Shown in pieces: positions 16,721 to 24,404 of a stretch of 32,000 nucleotides of DNA (position 1 is the stretch's first letter; each line of letters opens with the position of its first letter). Origin of the DNA: Candidatus Omnitrophota bacterium (GTDB lineage: Bacteria > Omnitrophota > Gorgyraeia > 2-01-FULL-45-10); the NCBI GenBank assembly GCA_023818895.1, contig JAMWCX010000001.1, positions 359,789-391,788 of the forward strand, written 5' to 3'. Position numbers and translations under genes: made by a program. Below the pieces are notes generated by a model. It was not told where the DNA came from. It was given only the letters and a program-made list of their open reading frames with translations, and did no database searches.

Positions 16721-17224
16721 TTAACTATGGTCTGCAACATACGCTGCAGCTCTTTCTCGACTCGTCGGTAGGTTTGCCCCACCGAAAAGTTTCTCATCCC
16801 ACTCCACTACAAATCCGACTTTTTTATAACGGCAAGAATTAGGTGGGGTTCCCTCCTCGTACGTTTCGGCTGGATATGGATCCGGAGCAATCGTCCCAGT
16901 CAGGTCATCAGCAGTCGAGGGTGTGCCCATGTCATCGATAGTAAACGCGATTGGATTACCGCTATCCACTGTTAAGTAATAATCCGTATCCTCTCCGCCA
17001 CCCTTCCTTGCGCCAAACCCCCCAAGATATCCGGCCTTTATCTCCTGCTCCATGTATTGCCTAATGGTATTCATGGCCATCATCCTGTGCTTTGCGCGAT
17101 CTACGCCAAGCCTGGAAATAATAAAGGCGCCCAGTATGCTCGCAAGCAGGGCGCCGACTAAAACTACCGATATCAAGGCCTCAACCAAACTGAGCCCCTT
17201 AGAGCCGATTTGTTTTTCCATCAT
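16721..17224 (-). CDS. Minor pilin / pseudopilin (prepilin-type N-terminal domain)
   Basis: MMEKQIGSKG|LSLVEALISVVLVGALLASIL has Gly at -1, Leu at +1, Glu at +5 and a hydrophobic helix. 167 aa. Confidence 0.7.
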   Translation of the reverse strand: MMEKQIGSKGLSLVEALISVVLVGALLASILGAFIISRLGVDRAKHRMMAMNTIRQYMEQEIKAGYLGGFGARKGGGEDTDYYLTVDSGNPIAFTIDDMGTPSTADDLTGTIAPDPYPAETYEEGTPPNSCRYKKVGFVVEWDEKLFGGANLPTSRERAAAYVADHS

Positions 17225-17262
17225 ATCCGAATAATAGATATTATATTAAATAATTTTATACA

Positions 17263-17291
17263 AATTTAGCATATAAAAACTTTATTGTCAA
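17263..17291 (-). promoter_or_regulatory. Candidate sigma70-type promoter for the minor-pilin / pilMNOPQ unit
   Basis: On the minus strand, TTGACA (17291-17286), a 17-nt spacer, then TAAATT (17268-17263). It lies in an AT-rich intergenic region just downstream of the pilin terminator. Confidence 0.35.
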
Positions 17292-17330
17292 GGCACGCTA
17301 ATAATTAAGCCATAAAAAATCACGCTTTTA

Positions 17331-17386
17331 AATAAATAAAAACCCGCACCTTCCTCTATGATTTACATCATACAAGAAGGTGCGGG
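17331..17386 (-). terminator. Rho-independent terminator after the major pilin gene
   Basis: 11-bp GC-rich stem CCCGCACCUUC/GAAGGUGCGGG (17376-17386 with 17343-17353). The loop contains an inner 6-bp stem (UAUGAU/AUCAUA). It is followed by UUUUUAUUUAUU and starts 40 nt after the pilin stop. Confidence 0.75.
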
Positions 17387-17425
17387 GTAAGTTGCGCTTG
17401 TTGTGCGGTTCGAACCTCACGATTT

Positions 17426-17773
17426 TTACAGAGTATGATCTGTATTCGTGGCAGAGTTCGGACAGACTGGCGTCGCGCTGACATTGGCAGGCACTGGATA
17501 GTCGATAGTGCCCTCTCTTGGCCAGCTCTTTAAGTAATTACCAACTATATCAGCCGTCGTGAACGTCGCGTCCGACGCAGCACCGGTATCGATAGCCCAC
17601 ACCTGTATAGCCCCTTGCAGCTGCTTAAGGTTAGCGATACAAGCGTTCTTCTGCGCTGTCTGTCTGGCTCTGATGAAGTTCGGAATGGCGATCGCCGCTA
17701 ACAAACCAATAATTGCGACAACGATCATTATTTCAACAAGCGTAAAGCCCTTCCTGTTCATCCTGATCATCAT
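17426..17773 (-). CDS. pilA: Major pilin (short type IV pilin / GspG-like pseudopilin)
   Basis: (MMIR)MNRKG|FTLVEIMIVVAIIGLLAAIAIPNFIRARQTAQKNACIANLKQLQGA is a class III signal peptide with Phe at +1 and Glu at +5. It has two Cys residues and is 115 aa long. It has its own promoter and terminator. The start could be Met1, Met2 or Met5. Confidence 0.8.
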   Translation of the reverse strand: MMIRMNRKGFTLVEIMIVVAIIGLLAAIAIPNFIRARQTAQKNACIANLKQLQGAIQVWAIDTGAASDATFTTADIVGNYLKSWPREGTIDYPVPANVSATPVCPNSATNTDHTL

Positions 17774-17886
17774 ATATATTCACCGTCCTTCCCCCCAGGA
17801 TTGGGTATATTTTAATCGCTCGTTGAGAAATAAAAATCCCCAACGCTCGACCTAATATACACCTCTTACTGCCTCAAACAGCCATA

Positions 17887-17968
17887 AAGGTCGCTTGGAG
17901 ATTCTCTACTTAACCACATGTTATATATAATAGCGTTATATGGTGTTAAAATCTCCGCCTTCGACCTT
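17887..17968 (-). promoter_or_regulatory. 5'-terminal extended stem-loop in the pilin mRNA leader
   Basis: Paired segments: 17962-17968 with 17887-17893 (7 bp), 17950-17956 with 17897-17903 (7 bp), 17945-17949 with 17910-17914 (5 bp), plus 3 more bp after a 2x2 internal loop. The structure begins within a few nt of the predicted transcription start. Confidence 0.4.
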
Positions 17969-17976
17969 CAATTATA

Positions 17977-18005
17977 AGTATACTTGATAAAATGCCGATT
18001 GTCAA
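17977..18005 (-). promoter_or_regulatory. Candidate sigma70-type promoter of the major pilin gene
   Basis: On the minus strand, TTGACA (18005-18000), a 17-nt spacer, then TATACT (17982-17977), immediately followed by TATAAT. It lies in the 236-bp pilC-pilin intergenic region and implies a leader of about 197 nt. Confidence 0.45.
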
Positions 18006-18010
18006 GGATG

Positions 18011-19231
18011 CTAGACCCCTATTACGGTGGTCAGCTTGAATATCGGTAGGAACATGCATATGACTATCGATCCTATGACAATGCCGAGGAACGCTATGAT
18101 AAAAGGCTCTATCATGCTAGTAAGCGCCCCCACCGAGGCGTCCACCTGCTCATCGTAGAAGTCGGCTATCTTTGAAAGCATCTTCTCCAGCTCGCCAGCC
18201 TGCTCTCCTACAGATATCATCCTCGTTACCATTGGAGGAAATATCTTTGACTTGGCAAGAGGCTCGGCAATGCTCTCCCCTTCGCGAACATTGGTCCTTG
18301 TGTTCTCGATAGCCATCTCCACCACTTTGTTGCCAGAGGTCTTCCCCACGATCTCAAGGGCCGACAATATTGGTACGCCGGCCTTTATAAGGGTTGACAA
18401 GGTTCTGGTAAATTTGCTGATAGCGACTTTCTTGAGAAGAATGCCGAAAACTGGGAGCTTCAAAAGAAAACCGTCAAATTTAAGCCGTCCCTTATCCGTG
18501 CGTATATAGCGGATTAGGGCATAGATGATCCCGCCTATCACAAGAACTATCAGAAGAAAGTATTTTTGCATAAAGTCGCTTAAATTTATAAGAAACATGG
18601 TGGGTGCTGGTAATTTTGCCCCGAAACCCTCGAATATAACTTTGAATATCGGCACCACCTTAAGAAGAAGAAGCGCTGTTATGCCGAGAGCCATGCCGCT
18701 CACTATGGCCGGATATACCATGGCAGACTTCACCTTCTTCTGCAGGCTGCTCGACTTCTCGAGATATTCAGAGAGTCTGTCCAGAATCTCGTCCAGCATG
18801 CCGCTCGATTCGCCGGCCCTGACCATATTGACGAATAGGGGCGAGAATACGTTCTTATGTTTTCCTAAAGCCGCCGAAAGACTGGAGCCGGTCTCAACAT
18901 CGTTGCGAACATTCAATACTATTGCGCCAAAGGTCTTGTTATCCATCTGCTCGCCAAGTATGTCTAAGGCCGCTACAAGGGTTATGCCAGCATCTACCAT
19001 CGTAGCCAGCTGTCTTGCGAACATAACGAGATCGTCCAGCTTAATCTTCTTCTTCCGTCCGCCCAGAAAAGGAAGCGGCACTTTGATCTTAGGCGCCTCT
19101 TCGACAACCGACACGATTATCAGGTCCTTCTTCCTTAGTAGGTCGATGGCAGAGGCGCGGTCCCTGGATTCTATAATCCCGCTTAGTGTGCTTCCATCCT
19201 TGTTCTTTGCGATGTACTTAAAGTTGGGCAT
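18011..19231 (-). CDS. pilC: Type IV pilus platform protein PilC (GspF family)
   Basis: 406 aa with two GspF-type repeats (LATMVDAGITLVAALDIL... and LSTLIKAGVPILSALEIV...) and three TM segments. Confidence 0.9.
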   Translation of the reverse strand: MPNFKYIAKNKDGSTLSGIIESRDRASAIDLLRKKDLIIVSVVEEAPKIKVPLPFLGGRKKKIKLDDLVMFARQLATMVDAGITLVAALDILGEQMDNKTFGAIVLNVRNDVETGSSLSAALGKHKNVFSPLFVNMVRAGESSGMLDEILDRLSEYLEKSSSLQKKVKSAMVYPAIVSGMALGITALLLLKVVPIFKVIFEGFGAKLPAPTMFLINLSDFMQKYFLLIVLVIGGIIYALIRYIRTDKGRLKFDGFLLKLPVFGILLKKVAISKFTRTLSTLIKAGVPILSALEIVGKTSGNKVVEMAIENTRTNVREGESIAEPLAKSKIFPPMVTRMISVGEQAGELEKMLSKIADFYDEQVDASVGALTSMIEPFIIAFLGIVIGSIVICMFLPIFKLTTVIGV

Positions 19232-19265
19232 AATGTTCCTTTTGATTCGATCGCCGCCAGCCTCA

Positions 19266-20987
19266 TTAATCTTCCGATGTTACTCTCAGGACCTCTTCAA
19301 GCGTGGTCGTCCCGTTCACAAAATTCTCCAAGGCATTATCCCGAAGCGTCAACATCCCCTGTTCCTTTATACCGTAATTCTTTATCTCGTCGCTTGACGC
19401 TTTCCTCATGATCATCTCCCTGACAGCATCGTCTATGAGCAGAGCTTCGAGAATACCGAATCTTCCGTGATAGCCCGTCTTGTTGCACCTCTGGCACCCC
19501 TTGCCGGCATAGAAATGCTTAACGACGTCCGCTATCTCCCGCTTCAGGCCGGCCCGCTCCAGCACATTGGGCGGTATCACGACCTCCTCCTTGCAATAAG
19601 GGCATATCCTACGCATGAGCCTCTGAGCCGAAACAAGCGCGAGACTCGACGCGACAAGAAACGGCTCGACGCCCATATCGATGAGCCTCGTTATGGCGCC
19701 GGCCGCGTCATTGGTATGAAGCGTGCTCAAGATAAGCTGTCCCGTAAGAGATGCCTTTATCGCGATATCGGCTGTTTCAAAATCCCTTATCTCACCGACC
19801 ATGACGATATCCGGACTTTGCCTTAAGACCGACTTAAGGCCGCTACTGAATGTCAGGCCTATCTCCGGCCGTGCCTGGATCTGCGTTATGCCCTGAACCT
19901 CGTATTCTACGGGATCCTCGAGTGTAATTATATTACGCTCGGGCGTGTTTAGCTGGGTTATTATCGAATAAAGGGTGGTGGACTTGCCGCTTCCCGTCGG
20001 ACCGGTGACCAGTATCATGCCGTAAGGACGCGCGAGCGCCTTTTTGAATGTGGCGAGCGGCTTAGGCAGAAATCCGAGCTTGTCAAGCCCTATCGAGAGG
20101 CTCGATTTATCAAGCGCCCTCAGCACTACTTTGCCTCCGAAAGCTACCGGCAATATTGATACACGAAAATCTATCTCCTTGCCCTCAAAGCTTATCTTGA
20201 AACGGCCGTCCTGCGGCAACCGCGTCTCCGTTATATCAAGCTTCGACATTATCTTAAGCCTCGCTATTATGGCATTCTGGTTGCGCTTGGGCAGCGTCAT
20301 AGCATCCTGCAGGTTGCCATCAACGCGATAACGGACCCTGAGGACTTTTTCGCGCGGCTCAATATGTATGTCGCTTGCCCTCATCTTCATCGCTTCGTTG
20401 AGGATAAGATTCACCACCTTGACTATCGGCGCTTTCTTTGACTCCTCCACGACCTCGCTTACATCGATTTTCTCCTCCTCTTCAACCTTCTCCACCTCAA
20501 GCGCGTCAGAGGCACCGGATTCCTCGATAAGCCGCGTTATGTCCTGTGCCTCCATTCCGTAATAGGAGGAGATCGCCTCTTTTATGTCGTTCTCGGTAGC
20601 TATGATGGGCTGGATCTGGTAATTGGTAAGCGTCTTGATATCATCGATGGCGAATATGTTCAGAGGATCGGACATTGCGATGGTAAGCACGTTGCCGATC
20701 TTCGATATCGGCATTATGGCGTATTGTTTTACAATTCTTTCCGGAACCAGAGCGATGACAGACTTGTCAACCTTATATTTTGAAAGGTCTATCGGCGGTA
20801 TATTCAGCTGGCGGCTCATGACCACCATAAGATCCTTCTGTGAGATGTAGCCTTGCCACACAAGGATCTTGCCGAGCGAGCCTCCTATCCGCTTCTGAAT
20901 ATCGAGAGCCGCATCCAGCTGCTCCTTAGTTATGAGCTTGCCGTTTATGAGTATATTTATAAGCCTGTCCCTGAAGGATTCCGCCAT
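19266..20987 (-). CDS. pilB: Type IV pilus extension ATPase, PilB/GspE family (paralogue 1)
   Basis: N-terminal T2SSE_N/MshEN-like domain, Walker A GPTGSGKST, Asp/His boxes, and a tetracysteine motif CPYC...CQRC. 573 aa. Confidence 0.9.
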   Translation of the reverse strand: MAESFRDRLINILINGKLITKEQLDAALDIQKRIGGSLGKILVWQGYISQKDLMVVMSRQLNIPPIDLSKYKVDKSVIALVPERIVKQYAIMPISKIGNVLTIAMSDPLNIFAIDDIKTLTNYQIQPIIATENDIKEAISSYYGMEAQDITRLIEESGASDALEVEKVEEEEKIDVSEVVEESKKAPIVKVVNLILNEAMKMRASDIHIEPREKVLRVRYRVDGNLQDAMTLPKRNQNAIIARLKIMSKLDITETRLPQDGRFKISFEGKEIDFRVSILPVAFGGKVVLRALDKSSLSIGLDKLGFLPKPLATFKKALARPYGMILVTGPTGSGKSTTLYSIITQLNTPERNIITLEDPVEYEVQGITQIQARPEIGLTFSSGLKSVLRQSPDIVMVGEIRDFETADIAIKASLTGQLILSTLHTNDAAGAITRLIDMGVEPFLVASSLALVSAQRLMRRICPYCKEEVVIPPNVLERAGLKREIADVVKHFYAGKGCQRCNKTGYHGRFGILEALLIDDAVREMIMRKASSDEIKNYGIKEQGMLTLRDNALENFVNGTTTLEEVLRVTSED

Positions 20988-20990
20988 ATT

Positions 20991-22724
20991 CTATACCGTA
21001 TCCAGGTCCTGTTCGCCGACTGTCACGCGCACAACCTCATCGAGAGTCGTTATCCCGTTAATGGCCAGGGCAAGACCGTTTTCCCTCAAAGTCTTCATCC
21101 CTTCTCGCCTTGCCTGCTCTCTTATTTTAAACTCTTCAGCGCCCGCCAATATAAGCTCCTTTATCTTCGGACTTAGCGTAAGGATCTCTATAAGACCGAC
21201 TCTCCCCTTATAGCCGCTTCCCAGGCAGGACGGACAACCCTTGCCACGATGGAGCACAACCTTGCCCTTGGCGATCTGTATACCCACCTTGGAGGCTGCT
21301 TCCCTGTCCAGCTCATATGCCTCTTTGCAGTTCGGACAGATCTTCCTCACGAGTCTCTGCGCGCCGACAAGTATAACCGAAGATGTTATGAGAAATGGCT
21401 CGACACCCATGTTAACAAGCCTTATAACCGATCCGGTGGCTGTCGTTGTATGAAGAGTACTCAATACAAGGTGGCCGGTTAGCGCGGCCTTGATGGCGAT
21501 ATCAACGGTCTCGAAATCTCTTATCTCGCCTATCATTATGATATCGGGGTCCTGCCTCAGTATAGAACGTAGCGCCGAGGCGAATGTCAAACCTATATCG
21601 GGTCTGGCCGTAACCTGGTTTGCGCCTTCTATAAGATATTCTATCGGGTCCTCTACGGTAACTATGTTAACCTCCGGATCGTTGACATGCTCAAGTATCG
21701 AATAAAGGGTGGTTGTCTTGCCGCATCCTGTTGGGCCGCACATTAGTATCATGCCATGCGGCCTGGACGCGGCCTTCTCGATTTCAGCAAGCGATTTCTC
21801 GTCGAAACCAAGTTTCTTGATATCGAGTGTGGCCTGGGCCTTATCAAGTATGCGGCATGCCACCTTCTCACCCATGCTGGAAGGCAGGACTGATATCCTG
21901 AAATCTATTTCACGGCCGTGGAGTTTTATCTTGAAACGTCCGTCCTGCGGCAACCGCCTTTCCGCTATATCCAGGTCTGACATGACCTTTAAACGGGAGA
22001 CGATAGCGTTATGGAGGGCCTTGGGCGGCCTATTGCCCTCGTGCAGAACCCCATCGACCCTGTATCTTACGCGAACCTCGTTCTCCAGCGGCTCTATTAG
22101 AATGTCGCTCGCCCTGGCATTGACGGCGTCCGCCAGGAGCATATTCGTTATCTTTACAACAGGCGCCTCCTGCGCTATCTTAGCGAGTTCGCCGCCATTG
22201 TCATATCCGGCAGTTTCATCTACCAGTTTTACACCGCCTTCGCCGGTCTTCATATCGCCGACTATCTTCTCTATCGCCGAAGTGGCATCCTCCTCATAAT
22301 ACTGGCTTATGGCTTCCCTTATATCCTTTTCCGTAGTTATTATCGGTATTATCTTGAATCCGGTAAGCGCCTTTATTTCGTCTATCGCGAAGATATTCAG
22401 CGGGTCGGCTACCGCTATCGAAAGAGTGTCGCCCATCTTGGACACCGGAATGATCATGTACTGCCGGGCTATCTTTTTTGGTATCAGTTTTATGACAGAA
22501 GGGTCTATTTTATAGCGGCTAAGGTTAATAGGAGGTATGCCCAGTTCTTCGCTCATCGCTATGACGAGGTCGCTTTTTGAAATAAAGCCAAGGCTCACCA
22601 GGACATCACCCAGTGACCCGCCTTTTTCCCTATGGACCTCTATAGCTTTCTGGAAATCGGCCTCCTTTATGAGGTTTTTTTCCAGAAGGATCTTCGCGAG
22701 TTTCTCTTTTAGTCCGGGTACCAT
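20991..22724 (-). CDS. pilB: Type IV pilus extension ATPase, PilB/GspE family (paralogue 2)
   Basis: Same architecture as paralogue 1, with Walker A GPTGCGKTT and tetracysteine CPNC...CPSC. I trimmed the TTG at 22775 to ATG 22724-22722 (MVPGLKEKLAKILLEKNLI...). 577 aa. Confidence 0.85.
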   Translation of the reverse strand: MVPGLKEKLAKILLEKNLIKEADFQKAIEVHREKGGSLGDVLVSLGFISKSDLVIAMSEELGIPPINLSRYKIDPSVIKLIPKKIARQYMIIPVSKMGDTLSIAVADPLNIFAIDEIKALTGFKIIPIITTEKDIREAISQYYEEDATSAIEKIVGDMKTGEGGVKLVDETAGYDNGGELAKIAQEAPVVKITNMLLADAVNARASDILIEPLENEVRVRYRVDGVLHEGNRPPKALHNAIVSRLKVMSDLDIAERRLPQDGRFKIKLHGREIDFRISVLPSSMGEKVACRILDKAQATLDIKKLGFDEKSLAEIEKAASRPHGMILMCGPTGCGKTTTLYSILEHVNDPEVNIVTVEDPIEYLIEGANQVTARPDIGLTFASALRSILRQDPDIIMIGEIRDFETVDIAIKAALTGHLVLSTLHTTTATGSVIRLVNMGVEPFLITSSVILVGAQRLVRKICPNCKEAYELDREAASKVGIQIAKGKVVLHRGKGCPSCLGSGYKGRVGLIEILTLSPKIKELILAGAEEFKIREQARREGMKTLRENGLALAINGITTLDEVVRVTVGEQDLDTV

Positions 22725-22759
22725 TGTAATAAAACCTCTGGCTCTTTTTGCCTGGCAAA

Positions 22760-22826
22760 GACGCAAAAACCGCAAATGCGCTAAAGATTACCTTCGTTTC
22801 TTTGCGAGATTTCGCGCTTTTGCGGT
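22760..22826 (-). terminator. Possible intercistronic attenuator/terminator hairpin
   Basis: ACCGCAAA (22826-22819) pairs with UUUGCGGU (22776-22769). The stem extends through GCGC/GCGC after an A.A mismatch and is followed by UUUUUGCGUCUUUG. It starts 10 nt after the stop of the orphan-domain gene. The interior is long, so this is uncertain. Confidence 0.3.
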
Positions 22827-22835
22827 ACAGATCAT

Positions 22836-23285
22836 CTATTTTTTGACGTAATACTTCTTTATCGCGTTGTTGATGTCGGTCATTGTGCTAACGAATACCT
22901 GAACCTTGCAATTCGACAGCATCTCAATATCTTCCACCGCTTGTATATTCAGAGGATTCGACATCGCGATAGTCAAAAGGTCTCCCATCTTGTCAATGGC
23001 TATAAGATTGTATTGTTCCGCGACATTCTGGGGCACGAGCCTCATGGCCTCGACGTTTATGTCGTAGCATTCGAGCGGAAGATAAGGAAAACCGTACTGG
23101 ACTGTGAGCGCCTGAGCTATCTCTTCCTCTTTAGCATACCCCAGCATAACAAGGACCTGGCCTATTAGGCCTCCTCTCTCCTTCTGGACCTTAAGGGCCT
23201 TGTTAAGCTGCTCCTCATTTATGACGCCTCTTTCGAGCAGCAACTCACCCAGTTGCTTGGATACTATTCGCCTGATTTGGGTCAT
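22836..23285 (-). CDS. Stand-alone T2SSE_N / MshEN-like domain protein (no ATPase domain)
   Basis: 149 aa that align over their full length with the N-terminal domains of both PilB paralogues (for example LLTIAMSNPLNIQAVEDIEMLSN against VLTIAMSDPLNIFAIDDIKTLTN). It carries two tandem 24-residue motifs of the LGxxLLxxGxIxxxxLxxALxxQ type. Confidence 0.7.
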   Translation of the reverse strand: MTQIRRIVSKQLGELLLERGVINEEQLNKALKVQKERGGLIGQVLVMLGYAKEEEIAQALTVQYGFPYLPLECYDINVEAMRLVPQNVAEQYNLIAIDKMGDLLTIAMSNPLNIQAVEDIEMLSNCKVQVFVSTMTDINNAIKKYYVKK

Positions 23286-23324
23286 ATCTTCCTACGCCAT
23301 CCGTCGATATCGCGATCGCGCAAA

Positions 23325-24389
23325 TTATTTCTTGAATAGTCGCGCAAGATCATCAGGATCAGACGTCCTGTCAAAGGCATCCTCGTAAGATATCAATCTC
23401 TTCTGATAAAGTTCGTAAAGCGCCTGGTTCATCGTCTTCATGCCCTCTCTCTTAGATGTCTGCATTACCGAATATATCTGATGTATCTTGGCCTCGCGGA
23501 TCATGCTACGCACGGCCGGAGTAACAATAAGCACCTCTGTGGCAAGCACTCGCCCAGGACCTTTAACCTTGGGTATAAGCTGTTGCGAAAGCACCCCTAC
23601 CAGAACAAATGAAAGCTGCGTTCTTATCTGCTCCTGCTGATGCGAGGGAAATACATCGATTATCCTGTTGATGGTCTGAACGCAGTCGGAGGTATGAAGA
23701 GTCGCAAACACAAGATGGCCCGTTTCGGCTATCACGAGGGCTGACTCTATAGTCTCAAGATCCCGCATCTCCCCTATCAATATGACGTCCGGATCCTGTC
23801 TTAGGACATGTTTAAGGGCCGCCGCGAAAGAATTGGTATCGCTGTAAACCTCCCGCTGGTTCACTATCGCCTTGGCGTTCTTATGAACGAATTCGACAGG
23901 GTCTTCGATCGTGACTATATGGCAGTTACGGTTCTGGTTTATCCAGTTTATCATCGAAGCAAGGCTTGTGGACTTACCGCTTCCTGTGGCTCCTGTCACC
24001 AGGATGAGCCCTTTTGGTCTTTTACAAAGGTCAAGCGCGACTTCGACAGGAAGGCCGCACTCCTCAAATGACCATATGTCATGCGGTATGAGCCTGATCG
24101 AGCCGGCAACACAACCTTTCTGCTTAAAGACATTCAACCTGAATCTACCCAGGGCCTCTATACTGAAGGCGACGTCCAGCTCCAGTTCTTGCTCGAACTT
24201 CTCTATCTGAGGCCTGGTAAGCATACTGTAGACAATGCTTCTGGACTCTTCGGCCGAAAGCACCCTGTCATCTACAGCCACAAGATTTTCATCCACCCTG
24301 AGCTGAGCGGGTGACCCGGAAGTGATGTGAAGGTCGGAGGCATTCCTCTCGACCATCATCTTCAAAAGCGCCTCACTACTATAAGGCAT
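23325..24389 (-). CDS. pilT: Twitching-motility retraction ATPase PilT
   Basis: 354 aa with ASDLHI, Walker A GATGSGKST, and the PilT-type helix motif AVRSMIREAKIHQI. There is no N-terminal T2SSE_N domain. An AGGAGG Shine-Dalgarno precedes the start. Confidence 0.9.
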   Translation of the reverse strand: MPYSSEALLKMMVERNASDLHITSGSPAQLRVDENLVAVDDRVLSAEESRSIVYSMLTRPQIEKFEQELELDVAFSIEALGRFRLNVFKQKGCVAGSIRLIPHDIWSFEECGLPVEVALDLCKRPKGLILVTGATGSGKSTSLASMINWINQNRNCHIVTIEDPVEFVHKNAKAIVNQREVYSDTNSFAAALKHVLRQDPDVILIGEMRDLETIESALVIAETGHLVFATLHTSDCVQTINRIIDVFPSHQQEQIRTQLSFVLVGVLSQQLIPKVKGPGRVLATEVLIVTPAVRSMIREAKIHQIYSVMQTSKREGMKTMNQALYELYQKRLISYEDAFDRTSDPDDLARLFKK

Positions 24390-24404
24390 CGCACCCTCCT
24401 GCTC

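Noticed and set aside
16711-16797. Longer start choices in the ORF track: minor pilin from 16797, acsC from 1774, pilB2 from 22775, secretin from 12014, cyclase from 25829, DUF2905 from 30559, and rng from 9962.
   Set aside because: Most of the extended starts are TTG or GTG codons. The minor pilin one is an ATG that overlaps the upstream gene by 77 nt. Downstream ATGs have better Shine-Dalgarno spacing, avoid long overlaps, and give canonical N-termini such as the short class III leader.
17871-17884. Sigma54-like element TGGCTGTTTGAGGCA in the pilin leader. Pilin genes are often RpoN-dependent.
   Set aside because: The GG-to-GC spacing is one nucleotide short of the -24/-12 consensus, and TTGC is replaced by AGGC. 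No enhancer-binding protein gene is in the window.
17774-17976. c-di-GMP riboswitch (GEMM-I or GEMM-II) in the pilin leader, considered because a cyclase sits in the locus.
   Set aside because: I could not find the conserved GEMM sequence blocks or the tetraloop/receptor arrangement as I remember them. An Infernal scan would be decisive.
18525-19397. Long plus-strand ORFs antisense to well-supported genes: 18525-19397 (290 aa), 14888-15583 (231 aa), 21709-22299 (196 aa), 6829-7365, 1041-1493, 31118-31546 and others.
   Set aside because: Each lies entirely inside a minus-strand gene with clear family motifs. Their translations are compositionally odd (S/L/I/R-rich) with no motif I recognise and no Shine-Dalgarno. 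They are best explained as mirror-frame artefacts of codon bias.
23312-23319. HIP1-like palindrome GCGATCGC, also at 17688-17695 and 27935-27942.
   Set aside because: Three copies in 32 kb is only modestly above chance expectation (about 0.5). That is far below the density seen where this palindrome is a genomic signature.
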